From Pyrobaculum calidifontis JCM 11548 (GTDB taxonomy: Archaea; Thermoproteota; Thermoprotei; Thermoproteales; Thermoproteaceae), in the NCBI RefSeq assembly GCF_000015805.1, contig NC_009073.1, forward strand, positions 1,230,001 through 1,262,000: a stretch of DNA of 32,000 nt, in the 5' to 3' direction. The notes below the pieces were generated by a model. It was given only the letters and a program-made list of their open reading frames with translations. It had not been told where the DNA came from and searched no databases. The position numbers were made by a program, and so were the translations under genes. Shown in pieces: positions 24,047 to 32,000 of the stretch (the stretch's first letter is position 1; the number at the start of each line of letters is the position of its first letter).

Positions 24047-25068
24047 GCGGAGGACTCCAGCGCCACTTTTACGGCCTCGCGGTGTAGGGGGGTCTGCCAG
24101 GCGTAGTGCCTCCCTATGCCCAGCTCAAGGTCCCGCTCAGGCGGCGGGGCGTCGACCCAGCCGCGGGGGTCTCTATCCCACAGCCTCACCACCAAGTTCA
24201 TCTCCACCAGCCCCTCCACCAGCGCCGCCGGCGCCTCGCCGTCGTACAAGGCGTCGGGGTCCTCCACGGCCCTCCTCAGCCACTCCACCTCCCGCGCCCC
24301 CAGCCTCTTCACAAAGTCCCAAAGCCCCCTCCCCTTTGCCACATCCCTCGCCACCACGGCGGGGTCCCACCCAGACTCGTAAAGCTTGCCCAAATACCTC
24401 GGATTACCCCCAGTCCACCTCCACACCTCGTTGAATGGGGGCTTTGGGCCTGGCATCGCCCTGTACAACTCTTCGAAACCCTCCCGCGACATATTCCACA
24501 TAAGCCTCAGCGAAGCCCAGTCGTGCCTCCCCACGCGGCTCCTCGTAACACCCTCGCTAGACGCCACAACGGCCACCACGCTGTCGTAGTCAGCCGGCGG
24601 ATACTCAATGAAATTCAAAACCGATTTGACCAATTGCTCCACCCTGTCCAGGCCGACGGCTTGAAAGACGTCGTCGGCGAGTATGGCGATCCTCTTCTTG
24701 CCCCTCTTCAGCGCCCTAGACACCACTGCAAGCGCGAGGTCTACAAGCGCCGGCGCCGCAGGATTGACTACGCCGCCGAGCACCTCCCTCCACGTCCTCT
24801 TTACCACATCTTTCAAGTCGTCGGTGGCGACAAGCCGCTCAGCCACCTCGCCGAGAGGGTTGACATAGACGACAGAGTAGCCCCACTCCCTCAACACCTC
24901 GACGGCCTGCCTAAGGAGGGCCGTCTTACCACAGCCCTCGGGGCCGTACACCACGAGCGGAAAACGCGTCCCCCTCTCCGCGACCTCCCTAAGCTGGCCA
25001 AGCGCCACCTCGCGGTCAACAAATTCCACCTCGACCCCCCTCACAAGCCTAAGCCTGACCCTTCTCAC
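24043..25068 (-). CDS. Archaeal AAA ATPase (second Arch_ATPase-type paralogue)
   Basis: 341 aa with a GTG start. ..FVDREVALGQLREVAERGTRFPLVVYGPEGCGKTALL.. carries Walker A, and ..IAILADDVFQ.. is Walker B-like. Confidence 0.8.
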   Translation of the reverse strand: MRRVRLRLVRGVEVEFVDREVALGQLREVAERGTRFPLVVYGPEGCGKTALLRQAVEVLREWGYSVVYVNPLGEVAERLVATDDLKDVVKRTWREVLGGVVNPAAPALVDLALAVVSRALKRGKKRIAILADDVFQAVGLDRVEQLVKSVLNFIEYPPADYDSVVAVVASSEGVTRSRVGRHDWASLRLMWNMSREGFEELYRAMPGPKPPFNEVWRWTGGNPRYLGKLYESGWDPAVVARDVAKGRGLWDFVKRLGAREVEWLRRAVEDPDALYDGEAPAALVEGLVEMNLVVRLWDRDPRGWVDAPPPERDLELGIGRHYAWQTPLHREAVKVALESSA

Positions 25069-25140
25069 GCCTCAGCCACGTCAACACCCTAAATACTTTG
25101 CTCAACCGCAGAGCTCCTACCGCGCGTCCAGCCGCTGGCG

Positions 25141-25575
25141 TCAACGCCCCTCTGACGCGCCAGCTGGTTGCCTAGCTTGGAAGTACTCCACCACTTCCTT
25201 TAGCAAGGGGATGTTGTACACAATGTCCCTCAGGGCCACCACTCCGTAGAGCTCCCCGCCTTTTAAGACGACGACCCGCCTCACGTTGTGCTCCCTCATC
25301 GCCAAAACGGCCTCGCCCACGTGAGCCTCGGCGTCCACGGCGACGAGGAGCTTAGACATGACCTGAGACACGGGAGTAGAGAGGTCTACGCCCAGCGCCA
25401 AAGCCCGGAGCACGTCCCTCTCGCCCACAATGCCCACAGGCCGCCTGGGATTAGCAGGATCAACCACAACCACAGACCCCACACCCCGCTCAACCATAAG
25501 CTCCACCACCTCCCGCAGAGGAGTGTTAGGTGTGCAGGTAACCACATTAGTCCTAGCCACAGCAACCACCTTCAC
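25141..25575 (-). CDS. CBS domain pair protein
   Basis: I propose GTG 25575 as the start (MKVVAVARTNVVTCTPNTPLREVVELMVERGVGSVVVVD..). The second CBS domain reads ..LVAVDAEAHVGEAVLAMREHNVRRVVVLKGGELYGVVALRDIV... The track ORF's 5' extension crosses a TATA-like AAGTTTTTTATTTT. Confidence 0.75.
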   Translation of the reverse strand: MKVVAVARTNVVTCTPNTPLREVVELMVERGVGSVVVVDPANPRRPVGIVGERDVLRALALGVDLSTPVSQVMSKLLVAVDAEAHVGEAVLAMREHNVRRVVVLKGGELYGVVALRDIVYNIPLLKEVVEYFQARQPAGASEGR

Positions 25576-25775
25576 ACACAAGCCAACCCAAGAAAATAAA
25601 AAACTTATGCCACACACAGCCATCCACGCCCAAGCAACTACGCCGCGCCCCAAACAGCGCATAGCCAGCCGACAAGTCCACAGACCACGTAAGCCAATGA
25701 AGAAGGCGTGATTTAATACACGCAACAACCAAGCGAAAACTACGGAAAATGGGATTTTAACAAACCTTTGTACGG

Positions 25776-28700
25776 TTAACCCCACGCTTCCACCGTCCTT
25801 ACCACTAGGTACTCCCCTGGCCCAGCCTTGAAGCCGATGAACTGTGCGTTGGGCGGCGCGGCGCAGCCAAACCTCGCCAGCACGTTGCCCGACGAGTCTC
25901 TCACGATGACGTCTCCCAGCGCGGCGAGGGGCCTAAGCTCTACCCACTGCGAGGAGGGGCTGTAGTAGCCGTAGACGCAACCCGCCGACGAGCCGCGCAA
26001 GTATAGGCCGAAGGCCTCGCCCAGCGTCAAGGTGAGGGCAACGTACTTCCCCACGCCGGTGAAATTGGCCACGTAGGTCAACGCGCCTTGCACCACCGGC
26101 GTATATGCGACGCCTCCCGCTGTGACTAGGAGGTAGTTGTAGGAGGCCCAGGCGTATCCCCTCCCGCTCCAGCCAGCTGGCGGTGTACAGGCGCTGTATG
26201 TCACTGCTAGGTCGTCCCAATAGACTTTAAATCCGCCGGAGCCTCCGCCGTCTACGGCGGCCATGGCCACTGCCAGCACTGCCCCAGGCCCGCTGAGCGA
26301 TATCGACCACTGGTACTTAGACACATTCGTCATTGTGCCCAGGCTACGGAAGACGTACTGAGTCGTGTTTTGGCATGTCCCCTGGCACACCACTGTGCCA
26401 GGGCTTATGAAGGCGCTGACGGTGGTGGCGGTGCCGTCACTGCGGTAGTAGATGTACTCCCTGTCCACTGCCCCGTCTCCGTCTGTGTCTACGCCCACTG
26501 AGACGTAGGCAACGTTGTTCTGCGTATCGCCGGTGTTCCTCACGTAGAGGCCCCACACCGAGATCGAGGTGCCGAGGACAGGGATGGGCTGGGGGAGCCA
26601 GTACTGCGCCACGGCGTACACCACCCCGCCAGAGGGGACAGCCTCAGTGGCCAGAGAGGGGGGCGAAGTGGGGCTGGCGGCTCTAGTCACGTAGACGGCT
26701 GAGGCGGAGCTTTTCACAACCCTTACGGCGGGGGGTAGAGAGCAACTCCACCCCGCCATGTTAAGGTTGTCAAACCGCCCCGTGGCGGCGCCATCTTGAC
26801 GCCCACTGTCGCCTACCACAAAAGCCACCTTTGTCACCACGCCGTCAATCCCCAAGTCGTTGCGCAAATTAAAGTTGGCGGAGAAGAAGGAGTAGAGCGA
26901 GCCGCTAATGGAGCCACAGGGACTTGGCACAGGGCCTAGGTCTTTTACCACGTGGCTGGCGGGCGGCGACGAGGTGCAGCTCCCCGTCCTCATGCGGTAG
27001 TCGCAGACTTTTTGACGGTTAATTACATCCCAAAGCTCAGCATTTCTATCTTGCAAGGAAGTTTGTGCATCACATATCCTCTTCACATAATAAACGTATA
27101 CTTTAGAGCCGTCTGGCTTTACGACTTCGAGCTGTATGTAGGTAATTTCGTCGACGGAATTGTCGCCGTATGCTAATCTGTGCTGTACTTGTATTGTGGT
27201 GTCTGTTGATATGGCTAGGCTTGAGATATCCCATATTAGGGCCGACACGCCGTAGGCGATTGTGCTACTGCCGTCTGCCGTGATTTGCAACGTACCGCCG
27301 CTTGTGGTAACGCTACCCGTAGCCCTAACCCACTGGTCATAAGACACGCCGGGCGGGGCTAGGCCTGTGTCCCAGCCCCACGTGAGACTACGCTGTTGAC
27401 AATAGTTAAACTGATCCACCACCTGCGAAGTGCCGCAGGAAAACGTCCACTGGGCGAGGCGGGACATGGGCTCAGCTGTGAAGTTGGCCACGGCCTGGCT
27501 ACAGCTGCTGGCAGTGGCGTTGGCCGTGACCCAGTAGGCGGTGTTGGAGCGGGTGGCCCACCTCACTGGGGCTTGGAGCGGCGTGGGAGAGCCCGAGGAC
27601 TGCGTCGGCTTGAGCTGGAGGTTTGGCCCAAGCCAAATCTCGTAGTAGCCGGGGGAGCCCCCCTCCCCCGTCTTCACGAGCCACGCCGGGGAGGGGCCGG
27701 AGAGCCGGCCCACCACGTAGTCCTCCCACCACCCAGGCATAAACTTCAGCCGGAGAGAAAGGCCAGACACGGCGAGAAGCGGGAATATCGTGGAGTTCGG
27801 AGTGAGGTAGAAGGGCGGGCAGTAGGGCGCGGCGACCGGCGGCCTGACAGCGATGAAGCGGACGAGACCAGGGCCCTGGGCGACGGCAAACACAGACTTC
27901 CCCGGCGACTCCGCGCTCCGGCCAGCCACCACCTTCAACACGACCCAGTTAGCCGGCAAAAAGCCCGGCCGGCCCACCACGCCGTCGTAAAGGACCACCC
28001 CCTTGTAGCTCGCCGTGACGCGGACAGCCACGGTAGTGCTGTTATAAGACCAGAAGGCATTAGTCACAGTGCAATTAAACGTGGCAACCCACACGGCCCG
28101 GGTTTCCCCCGGCGCCAATGTCAACGGACGCCACGCCCCCTCCTCCAAGCCCTCTACCCCTATCTGTCTGCACTGCAATAGCCTCCTGTCGTAGTCAAGG
28201 AAGTAGGTGTAGTTGAGCGGCGTGTAGCCCGGGTTGGGGTTCGTAAACCTCAGGTAGAGGTTGAAGATGGTAGAGTTGTGGGTCGAGTTGACGTAGGCCA
28301 CAGTCCTATCAGCCTCAGCCCACACCCGCACCTTCCCCACCACCACGTCCACCGTCACTATGTACCCCCCTCCGTCAACCACCCTATACGTGTAGTTACC
28401 CACAACCCCCGGCGGACACGCCACACTCCCCCCTGTCGCGCGGCCACTGTCCAACACGGAGCCTCCCCTGACGACGAAGTAGTAGAGGGGCTCAGAAGCG
28501 CCGCCCACCACGCATGCCGAGCCGGTGTAGTTGAAAGATCCCCACTTCAGCGGTTTCTGCACCACGGTGGCTACGAATGTGTCGGCCGAGGCGATGAGGA
28601 TGCCGTTGTAGTACGCCTCGACCCGCGCGTATATGGGGATAGGCGGAGCCCCAGCGCTGTAAAAGTAGTCGTCCTTAGTGACGCTACACACGAAGTAACC

Positions 28701-29300
28701 TAGATTGAGGGAGGCGGACCCCCCGGGAGGCACCACCACCGGCTCTTCGGTGTTCTTCTTGCTACATTCAATATATTGGCTGTTGCCGTAGCCGTACAAC
28801 TCCGCCTTAAAGCTTGTAAATACGGCGTACCCATCGCTGGGATTGTATATATTCACATAGAGGACCACCGCCGCTTCTTTGTACAAGTCGTCTACGTACA
28901 GAAACGCGGCATTCACCCTCGGCGAGAGGGTTGCATAGCCGACGTGCACCTTAGCCAAGTAGATCCCCCCATCCCTCCTCACCGCCTTGTACACATACTC
29001 ACCGGGCCCAGGGGGGCAACGGGGCTCCGTGCCCTCGTAGACGAGGCGCCCCTCCCCGTCCACCACCACGTAGTAGATCCCCGAGCCCCCCAGCCAGCAC
29101 TTCAGCTGTCCCCCGGCGGTGGAGGCGTTGAACGTCGTCTCTTGGTCTACGGTGACGGCGGAGTACACCGCCGCGACGCCCTTCTGCGTCGTCGACATGA
29201 GGAAGTTGTAGAAATAGAAGAGAGACAGCACAATCACTGCAAAGGCCGTGAGGAATATGGCGAAGGAGGCGACGGTGGAGAGGCCCCTAATTCTCCACAT
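25776..29300 (-). CDS. 1174-aa secreted protein with a class III (prepilin-like) signal peptide; putative pilus-associated adhesin
   Basis: The N-terminus is MWRIRG|LSTVASFAIFLTAFAVIVLSLFY: a basic residue, Gly at -1, and then a hydrophobic helix. The protein is beta-rich with paired Cys and at least a dozen N-x-S/T sequons. It has a tandem internal duplication and a DTDGDGAVD calcium-loop-like motif. It overlaps the upstream pilin-like gene by 14 nt. Confidence 0.8.
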   Translation of the reverse strand: MWRIRGLSTVASFAIFLTAFAVIVLSLFYFYNFLMSTTQKGVAAVYSAVTVDQETTFNASTAGGQLKCWLGGSGIYYVVVDGEGRLVYEGTEPRCPPGPGEYVYKAVRRDGGIYLAKVHVGYATLSPRVNAAFLYVDDLYKEAAVVLYVNIYNPSDGYAVFTSFKAELYGYGNSQYIECSKKNTEEPVVVPPGGSASLNLGYFVCSVTKDDYFYSAGAPPIPIYARVEAYYNGILIASADTFVATVVQKPLKWGSFNYTGSACVVGGASEPLYYFVVRGGSVLDSGRATGGSVACPPGVVGNYTYRVVDGGGYIVTVDVVVGKVRVWAEADRTVAYVNSTHNSTIFNLYLRFTNPNPGYTPLNYTYFLDYDRRLLQCRQIGVEGLEEGAWRPLTLAPGETRAVWVATFNCTVTNAFWSYNSTTVAVRVTASYKGVVLYDGVVGRPGFLPANWVVLKVVAGRSAESPGKSVFAVAQGPGLVRFIAVRPPVAAPYCPPFYLTPNSTIFPLLAVSGLSLRLKFMPGWWEDYVVGRLSGPSPAWLVKTGEGGSPGYYEIWLGPNLQLKPTQSSGSPTPLQAPVRWATRSNTAYWVTANATASSCSQAVANFTAEPMSRLAQWTFSCGTSQVVDQFNYCQQRSLTWGWDTGLAPPGVSYDQWVRATGSVTTSGGTLQITADGSSTIAYGVSALIWDISSLAISTDTTIQVQHRLAYGDNSVDEITYIQLEVVKPDGSKVYVYYVKRICDAQTSLQDRNAELWDVINRQKVCDYRMRTGSCTSSPPASHVVKDLGPVPSPCGSISGSLYSFFSANFNLRNDLGIDGVVTKVAFVVGDSGRQDGAATGRFDNLNMAGWSCSLPPAVRVVKSSASAVYVTRAASPTSPPSLATEAVPSGGVVYAVAQYWLPQPIPVLGTSISVWGLYVRNTGDTQNNVAYVSVGVDTDGDGAVDREYIYYRSDGTATTVSAFISPGTVVCQGTCQNTTQYVFRSLGTMTNVSKYQWSISLSGPGAVLAVAMAAVDGGGSGGFKVYWDDLAVTYSACTPPAGWSGRGYAWASYNYLLVTAGGVAYTPVVQGALTYVANFTGVGKYVALTLTLGEAFGLYLRGSSAGCVYGYYSPSSQWVELRPLAALGDVIVRDSSGNVLARFGCAAPPNAQFIGFKAGPGEYLVVRTVEAWG

Positions 29301-29700
29301 ACTCCCCCCTAGGCCCAGTCAACCTGTAACGCGCGTCCGCGCGGTATTCTAGCCGAGTGATCACACAGCCCACGCCTCCCGGCGGCACGGGCCCCCCACC
29401 CCAGCACCACGATGTCTCGCTCGCATCTACAACAGTGCCGCTTACTATGAGATAGGCCCTGTCGAAGGTGCAGGGCACCGAGCCTGTGTTCACCACGTAG
29501 AGCCGCGCCCACCCGCCGTCGTTAACCACGGCGAAAATCCTCCCCACGCACAGCTGGGAGGCCCCCTCCACCGTCAGCCGCGACACCGACGGCCCATAGA
29601 CCATGTTGAAAAACACAGCCACCACAAACGCGGAAAGCGCCACAGTGACCACAAGAAGCAACACCGAGGAAAACACCTCGCTCAAACCCCTCAAAGCCAT
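29287..29700 (-). CDS. Small pilin-like protein with class III signal peptide
   Basis: The start is trimmed to ATG 29700, giving MALRG|LSEVFSSVLLLVVTVALSAFVVAVFF, a DUF361-like archaeal pilin N-terminus. ..ARLYVVNTGSVPCTFDRAYL.. is typical of an archaeal pilin/FlaG-like beta domain. Confidence 0.65.
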   Translation of the reverse strand: MALRGLSEVFSSVLLLVVTVALSAFVVAVFFNMVYGPSVSRLTVEGASQLCVGRIFAVVNDGGWARLYVVNTGSVPCTFDRAYLIVSGTVVDASETSWCWGGGPVPPGGVGCVITRLEYRADARYRLTGPRGEYVEN

Positions 29701-29799
29701 AGCCACATATACACACAAGAAGAAGTATTTTACTGTGCACCCCGCCGACGGTGCACCCCCCGACCCACACCACAAAATATATGTTACACTGAAAATACT
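29701..29799. promoter_or_regulatory. Divergent promoter region of the pilus locus
   Basis: TATA-like TAAAATAC (- strand, 29726-29733) lies about 26-33 bp from ATG 29700. AAAATATATG (29774-29783) lies about 20 bp from ATG 29800. Between them GTGCACCCC occurs twice (29735-29743 and 29751-29759), each copy followed by CCGAC. Confidence 0.5.
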
Positions 29800-30234
29800 A
29801 TGCCCATGAAAACCAAAGGCCTCGAACCAATAGTCGCCGCGGTGTTGCTAATAGTCGTCGCAGTAATAGGCGCAGTGCTGGTATACCTATGGTTCTCAGG
29901 CTATGTAACAAGAGCCACCTCTCAGGCAGAACAACTATCCGCAGCCGAACAACTAAAAATAGAAGCAGTATCAAAAACAGGCACTACAGTTAGTGTAAAT
30001 GTAAGAAATGTCGGAGAAGTGCCTGTTAAAATAGCTTCAGCATATGTGTTAAATGCCACAACATTAACAATGATATGTGGAGGATCTCTCACCAGCCCAC
30101 AGCAAATAGACCCCGGAACTATACAAACTATAAATGTGCCGGGTACTTGTAATTTAATCGCTGGCGCCCGCTATATTGTTAAAGTGGTTACGGCGCGTGG
30201 TACTGAGGCTGCGGCTACCTTTATTTCGCCGTAG
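29800..30234 (+). CDS. Archaeal type IV pilin (DUF361/Pilin_N type)
   Basis: The N-terminus is MPMKTKG|LEPIVAAVLLIVVAVIGAVLVYLW, the classic KGLEPI archaeal prepilin motif. A beta-rich domain follows (..VSVNVRNVGEVPVKIASAYVLN..). Confidence 0.85.
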   Translation: MPMKTKGLEPIVAAVLLIVVAVIGAVLVYLWFSGYVTRATSQAEQLSAAEQLKIEAVSKTGTTVSVNVRNVGEVPVKIASAYVLNATTLTMICGGSLTSPQQIDPGTIQTINVPGTCNLIAGARYIVKVVTARGTEAAATFISP

Positions 30235-30265
30235 GTGTTTTAAATTCCCCTCTTTTTTTCTCCCC

Positions 30266-31036
30266 GTGTTTTCTTTCTTGTATGGGTGGGTTTTGTGGAT
30301 TGGGCTTGGGGTTGGGGCTGTGTTGGGGGTGGTGGGGTGGCTTGGGTTTAGGAGGGCTGTGTTTGTGTACCGTCTGGAGGGGCAGATTCCGCAGGTGCTC
30401 CGCATGGTGGCGGACGCGGTGGGGGCTGGGATGGGGCTGAGGGAGGCGTTTGAGGTGGTGGCGGGGATGGGGCTGTACCCGGCGAATGCGGTTTTTAGGC
30501 GGGTGCTCTCGCTGGCGGAGGTGGGTGGGCTGGCGGTGGATGAGGCTCTTTGGAGAGTGGCCTCGGAGCTCCCCTCCCCCAATTTTAGGAGGTTTGCCCT
30601 TATCGTGGCTGAGGGGGCGAGGAGTGGTGCTAGGCTGGGGGAGGTGCTCGGCGTGGCGGCGAGGAGCTTCGCCGTGGTGGTGGACTTTAGGCGGGAGTTG
30701 TGGTCTCAGCTGAGGCCCTACGTGGCGCTTTTCTACGCCGTGGTGGCGGTGTACGTCGTCCTCGCCGACGTCTTGGTATACTTCCTACTGCCCAGCGTGG
30801 CTAAGTTCTCCGCCTCCGGGGGGCCCTGGGGAGGAGTCTCCGCCTCTGTGCCCCCGAGGGAGGAGCTTGTGCCAGTCCTCTTCCTCACGGCCCTCGTCCA
30901 GTCGGTGATCGGCGGCCTCATCGTGGGGAGGCTCGCGTACTTTAGCCCCCGGGCTGGGCTTCTGCACAGCGGCGTTGCGTCGGCGGCCTCGGCGGTGGGG
31001 CTAGTGGCCCCGGCGTGGCTTGGGTGGCAGCCATGA
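30266..31036 (+). CDS. TadC/FlaJ-like pilus platform membrane protein (single T2SSF domain)
   Basis: ..IPQVLRMVADAVGAGMGLREAFEVVA.., ..FRRFALIVAEGARSGARLGEVL.. and the flanking TM helices match the T2SSF domain. The start is uncertain: GTG 30266 is chosen to avoid overlap with the pilin gene, while the track ORF starts at 30176. Confidence 0.75.
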   Translation: MFSFLYGWVLWIGLGVGAVLGVVGWLGFRRAVFVYRLEGQIPQVLRMVADAVGAGMGLREAFEVVAGMGLYPANAVFRRVLSLAEVGGLAVDEALWRVASELPSPNFRRFALIVAEGARSGARLGEVLGVAARSFAVVVDFRRELWSQLRPYVALFYAVVAVYVVLADVLVYFLLPSVAKFSASGGPWGGVSASVPPREELVPVLFLTALVQSVIGGLIVGRLAYFSPRAGLLHSGVASAASAVGLVAPAWLGWQP

Positions 31037-32000
31037 CGTCGCCTTCCCAGATTGCAGAAGTGTTGGACGAGTACGAGGTGTCTGAGTTTGTGCATGCCGT
31101 TGTCTACGTGGATAGGGACGGGTTTAGGCGGTATAGGGCTGTGGAGCCTCCGCTGGGCGAGGAGGAGGCGGCGGCCCTCAAGAGGCTTAAGTCGGCTATT
31201 CAGAACGTGGGGGGTGTCCGCGACGGGGTGCTTAAGCTGGCGCGGGAGAGGCGGGTTGAGTACTTGGAGGAGTTGGCGAAGAGGGCGGCGTCTGAGTTTA
31301 AGATTAGGGTGGATGAGCGGGCGTGGAGGAAGGTCATGTACTACCTCCGGCGGGATCTGCTGGGGTACGGCAAGTTGGACCCCCTGTTCGCCGACCCCTT
31401 TATCGAGGATATCCACGTCGATGGGCCGGGCAGTGTGTGGATTTGGCACGCGAGGTGGGAGTCTCTGCGCACGGACGTGGCGCTGTCTGAGGAGGAGCTC
31501 GACGCCTATGTGCAGAGGCTTTCGTCGCTTGTGGGTAAGCCCGTCTCGTACGCCGACCCGGTCCTCGAGGGGATGCTCCCGGAGGGGTACCGCCTGGAGT
31601 TGGCCATTCCCCCCGTGTCGCCTAGGGGCCCCTCTTTCGTGGTTCGGAAGTACTTCGTGGAGCCCCTGACCCTGGTCGACCTTGTGAAAATGGGCACGAT
31701 ATCGGCGGACGCCGCGGCGTATCTGTGGCTTATGTTGGACTACGGGCGTAACATTGTGATTGTGGGGCCGACGGGTGCTGGGAAGACCACCTTGCTCAAC
31801 GCCCTCCTCTACTTGGTGAGGCCGGAGGCCAAGATTCTCACCATCGAGGACACTAGGGAGATTAACATTGTCCACGACCACTGGCAGGCCTTGCTCACAA
31901 GGCCGGCGAGGGGGGAGGGGGTGCGCGACGTCTCTGCGTTTGACCTGCTGGCCGTTGCCATGAGGTCACGGCCTGACTACGTGGTGGTGGGGGAGGTGAG
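31033..32000 (+). CDS. FlaI/TadA/VirB11-type secretion ATPase (3' end beyond the window)
   Basis: ATG 31033 overlaps the platform gene stop (ATGA). The frame is open to the window end and so is absent from the ORF track. It reads MTSPSQIAEVLDEYEV.., ..DPFIEDIHVDGPGSVWIWH.., Walker A GPTGAGKTTLLNAL, then ..ILTIEDTREI.. and ..SRPDYVVVGEV. Confidence 0.9.
   Translation, partial: MTSPSQIAEVLDEYEVSEFVHAVVYVDRDGFRRYRAVEPPLGEEEAAALKRLKSAIQNVGGVRDGVLKLARERRVEYLEELAKRAASEFKIRVDERAWRKVMYYLRRDLLGYGKLDPLFADPFIEDIHVDGPGSVWIWHARWESLRTDVALSEEELDAYVQRLSSLVGKPVSYADPVLEGMLPEGYRLELAIPPVSPRGPSFVVRKYFVEPLTLVDLVKMGTISADAAAYLWLMLDYGRNIVIVGPTGAGKTTLLNALLYLVRPEAKILTIEDTREINIVHDHWQALLTRPARGEGVRDVSAFDLLAVAMRSRPDYVVVGEV

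Noticed and set aside
24106-25092. 328-aa + strand ORF opposite the second Arch_ATPase gene
   Set aside because: It is proline/histidine/arginine-rich with no motifs. The - strand frame carries Walker A and family-typical sequence.
30733-31881. 382-aa - strand ORF and 205-aa + strand ORF (31052-31669) listed in the track across the ATPase region
   Set aside because: Both are R/P/G-rich nonsense. The real gene is the frame starting at ATG 31033 with Walker A GPTGAGKTT. It is missing from the track only because it has no stop inside the window.
1-32000. CRISPR arrays, rRNA genes, transposases/integrases, att-site duplications of the two tRNA 3' ends
   Set aside because: I looked for regularly spaced direct repeats and for repeats of the tRNA 3' halves in the adjacent low-GC stretches and found none. 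The only tandem repeats are the coding 63-bp units at 23270-23668.

Overview
GC-rich archaeal chromosomal segment with hallmarks of Thermoproteales, most likely Pyrobaculum or Thermoproteus. The hallmarks are a PaREP1-type gene, two tRNAs that each carry two introns (one in the T-arm), tightly packed genes with 4-nt start/stop overlaps, and AT-rich TATA-like boxes about 20-30 bp upstream of start codons, which suggests leaderless mRNAs. About 30 protein genes are mostly housekeeping or transport: acyl-CoA dehydrogenase, SAM methyltransferase, YjjX-type NTPase, TenA, DsrE-like plus SQR/FCSD-like flavoprotein, XdhC, FeoB, the NfeD protease-stomatin operon, a beta-propeller secreted protein, an ABC transporter, a DUF1646-like transporter, an APC permease, NUDIX, and a CBS protein. 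There are also two archaeal AAA ATPases and degenerate nucleotidyltransferase remnants. Four items stand out. (1) At 25.8-32.0 kb there is an archaeal type IV pilus-like locus. It has a FlaI/TadA-type ATPase running off the window, a single-domain TadC/FlaJ-like platform protein and a DUF361-type pilin. A divergent operon encodes a small pilin-like protein and a 1174-aa protein, both with class III (prepilin-like) signal peptides. (2) Three unrelated conserved genes (archaeal ATPase, PaREP1, ABC-2 permease) are each interrupted by one in-frame TAG, and the downstream frame continues the expected domain. (3) A membrane-anchored coiled-coil protein built from near-identical 63-bp tandem repeats lies next to tRNA-Ala. 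(4) Four convergent gene pairs share a CTAG tetranucleotide as overlapping stop codons. I recognised no CRISPR array, rRNA, transposase or integrase. All family assignments come from reading motifs in the translations, with no database search.
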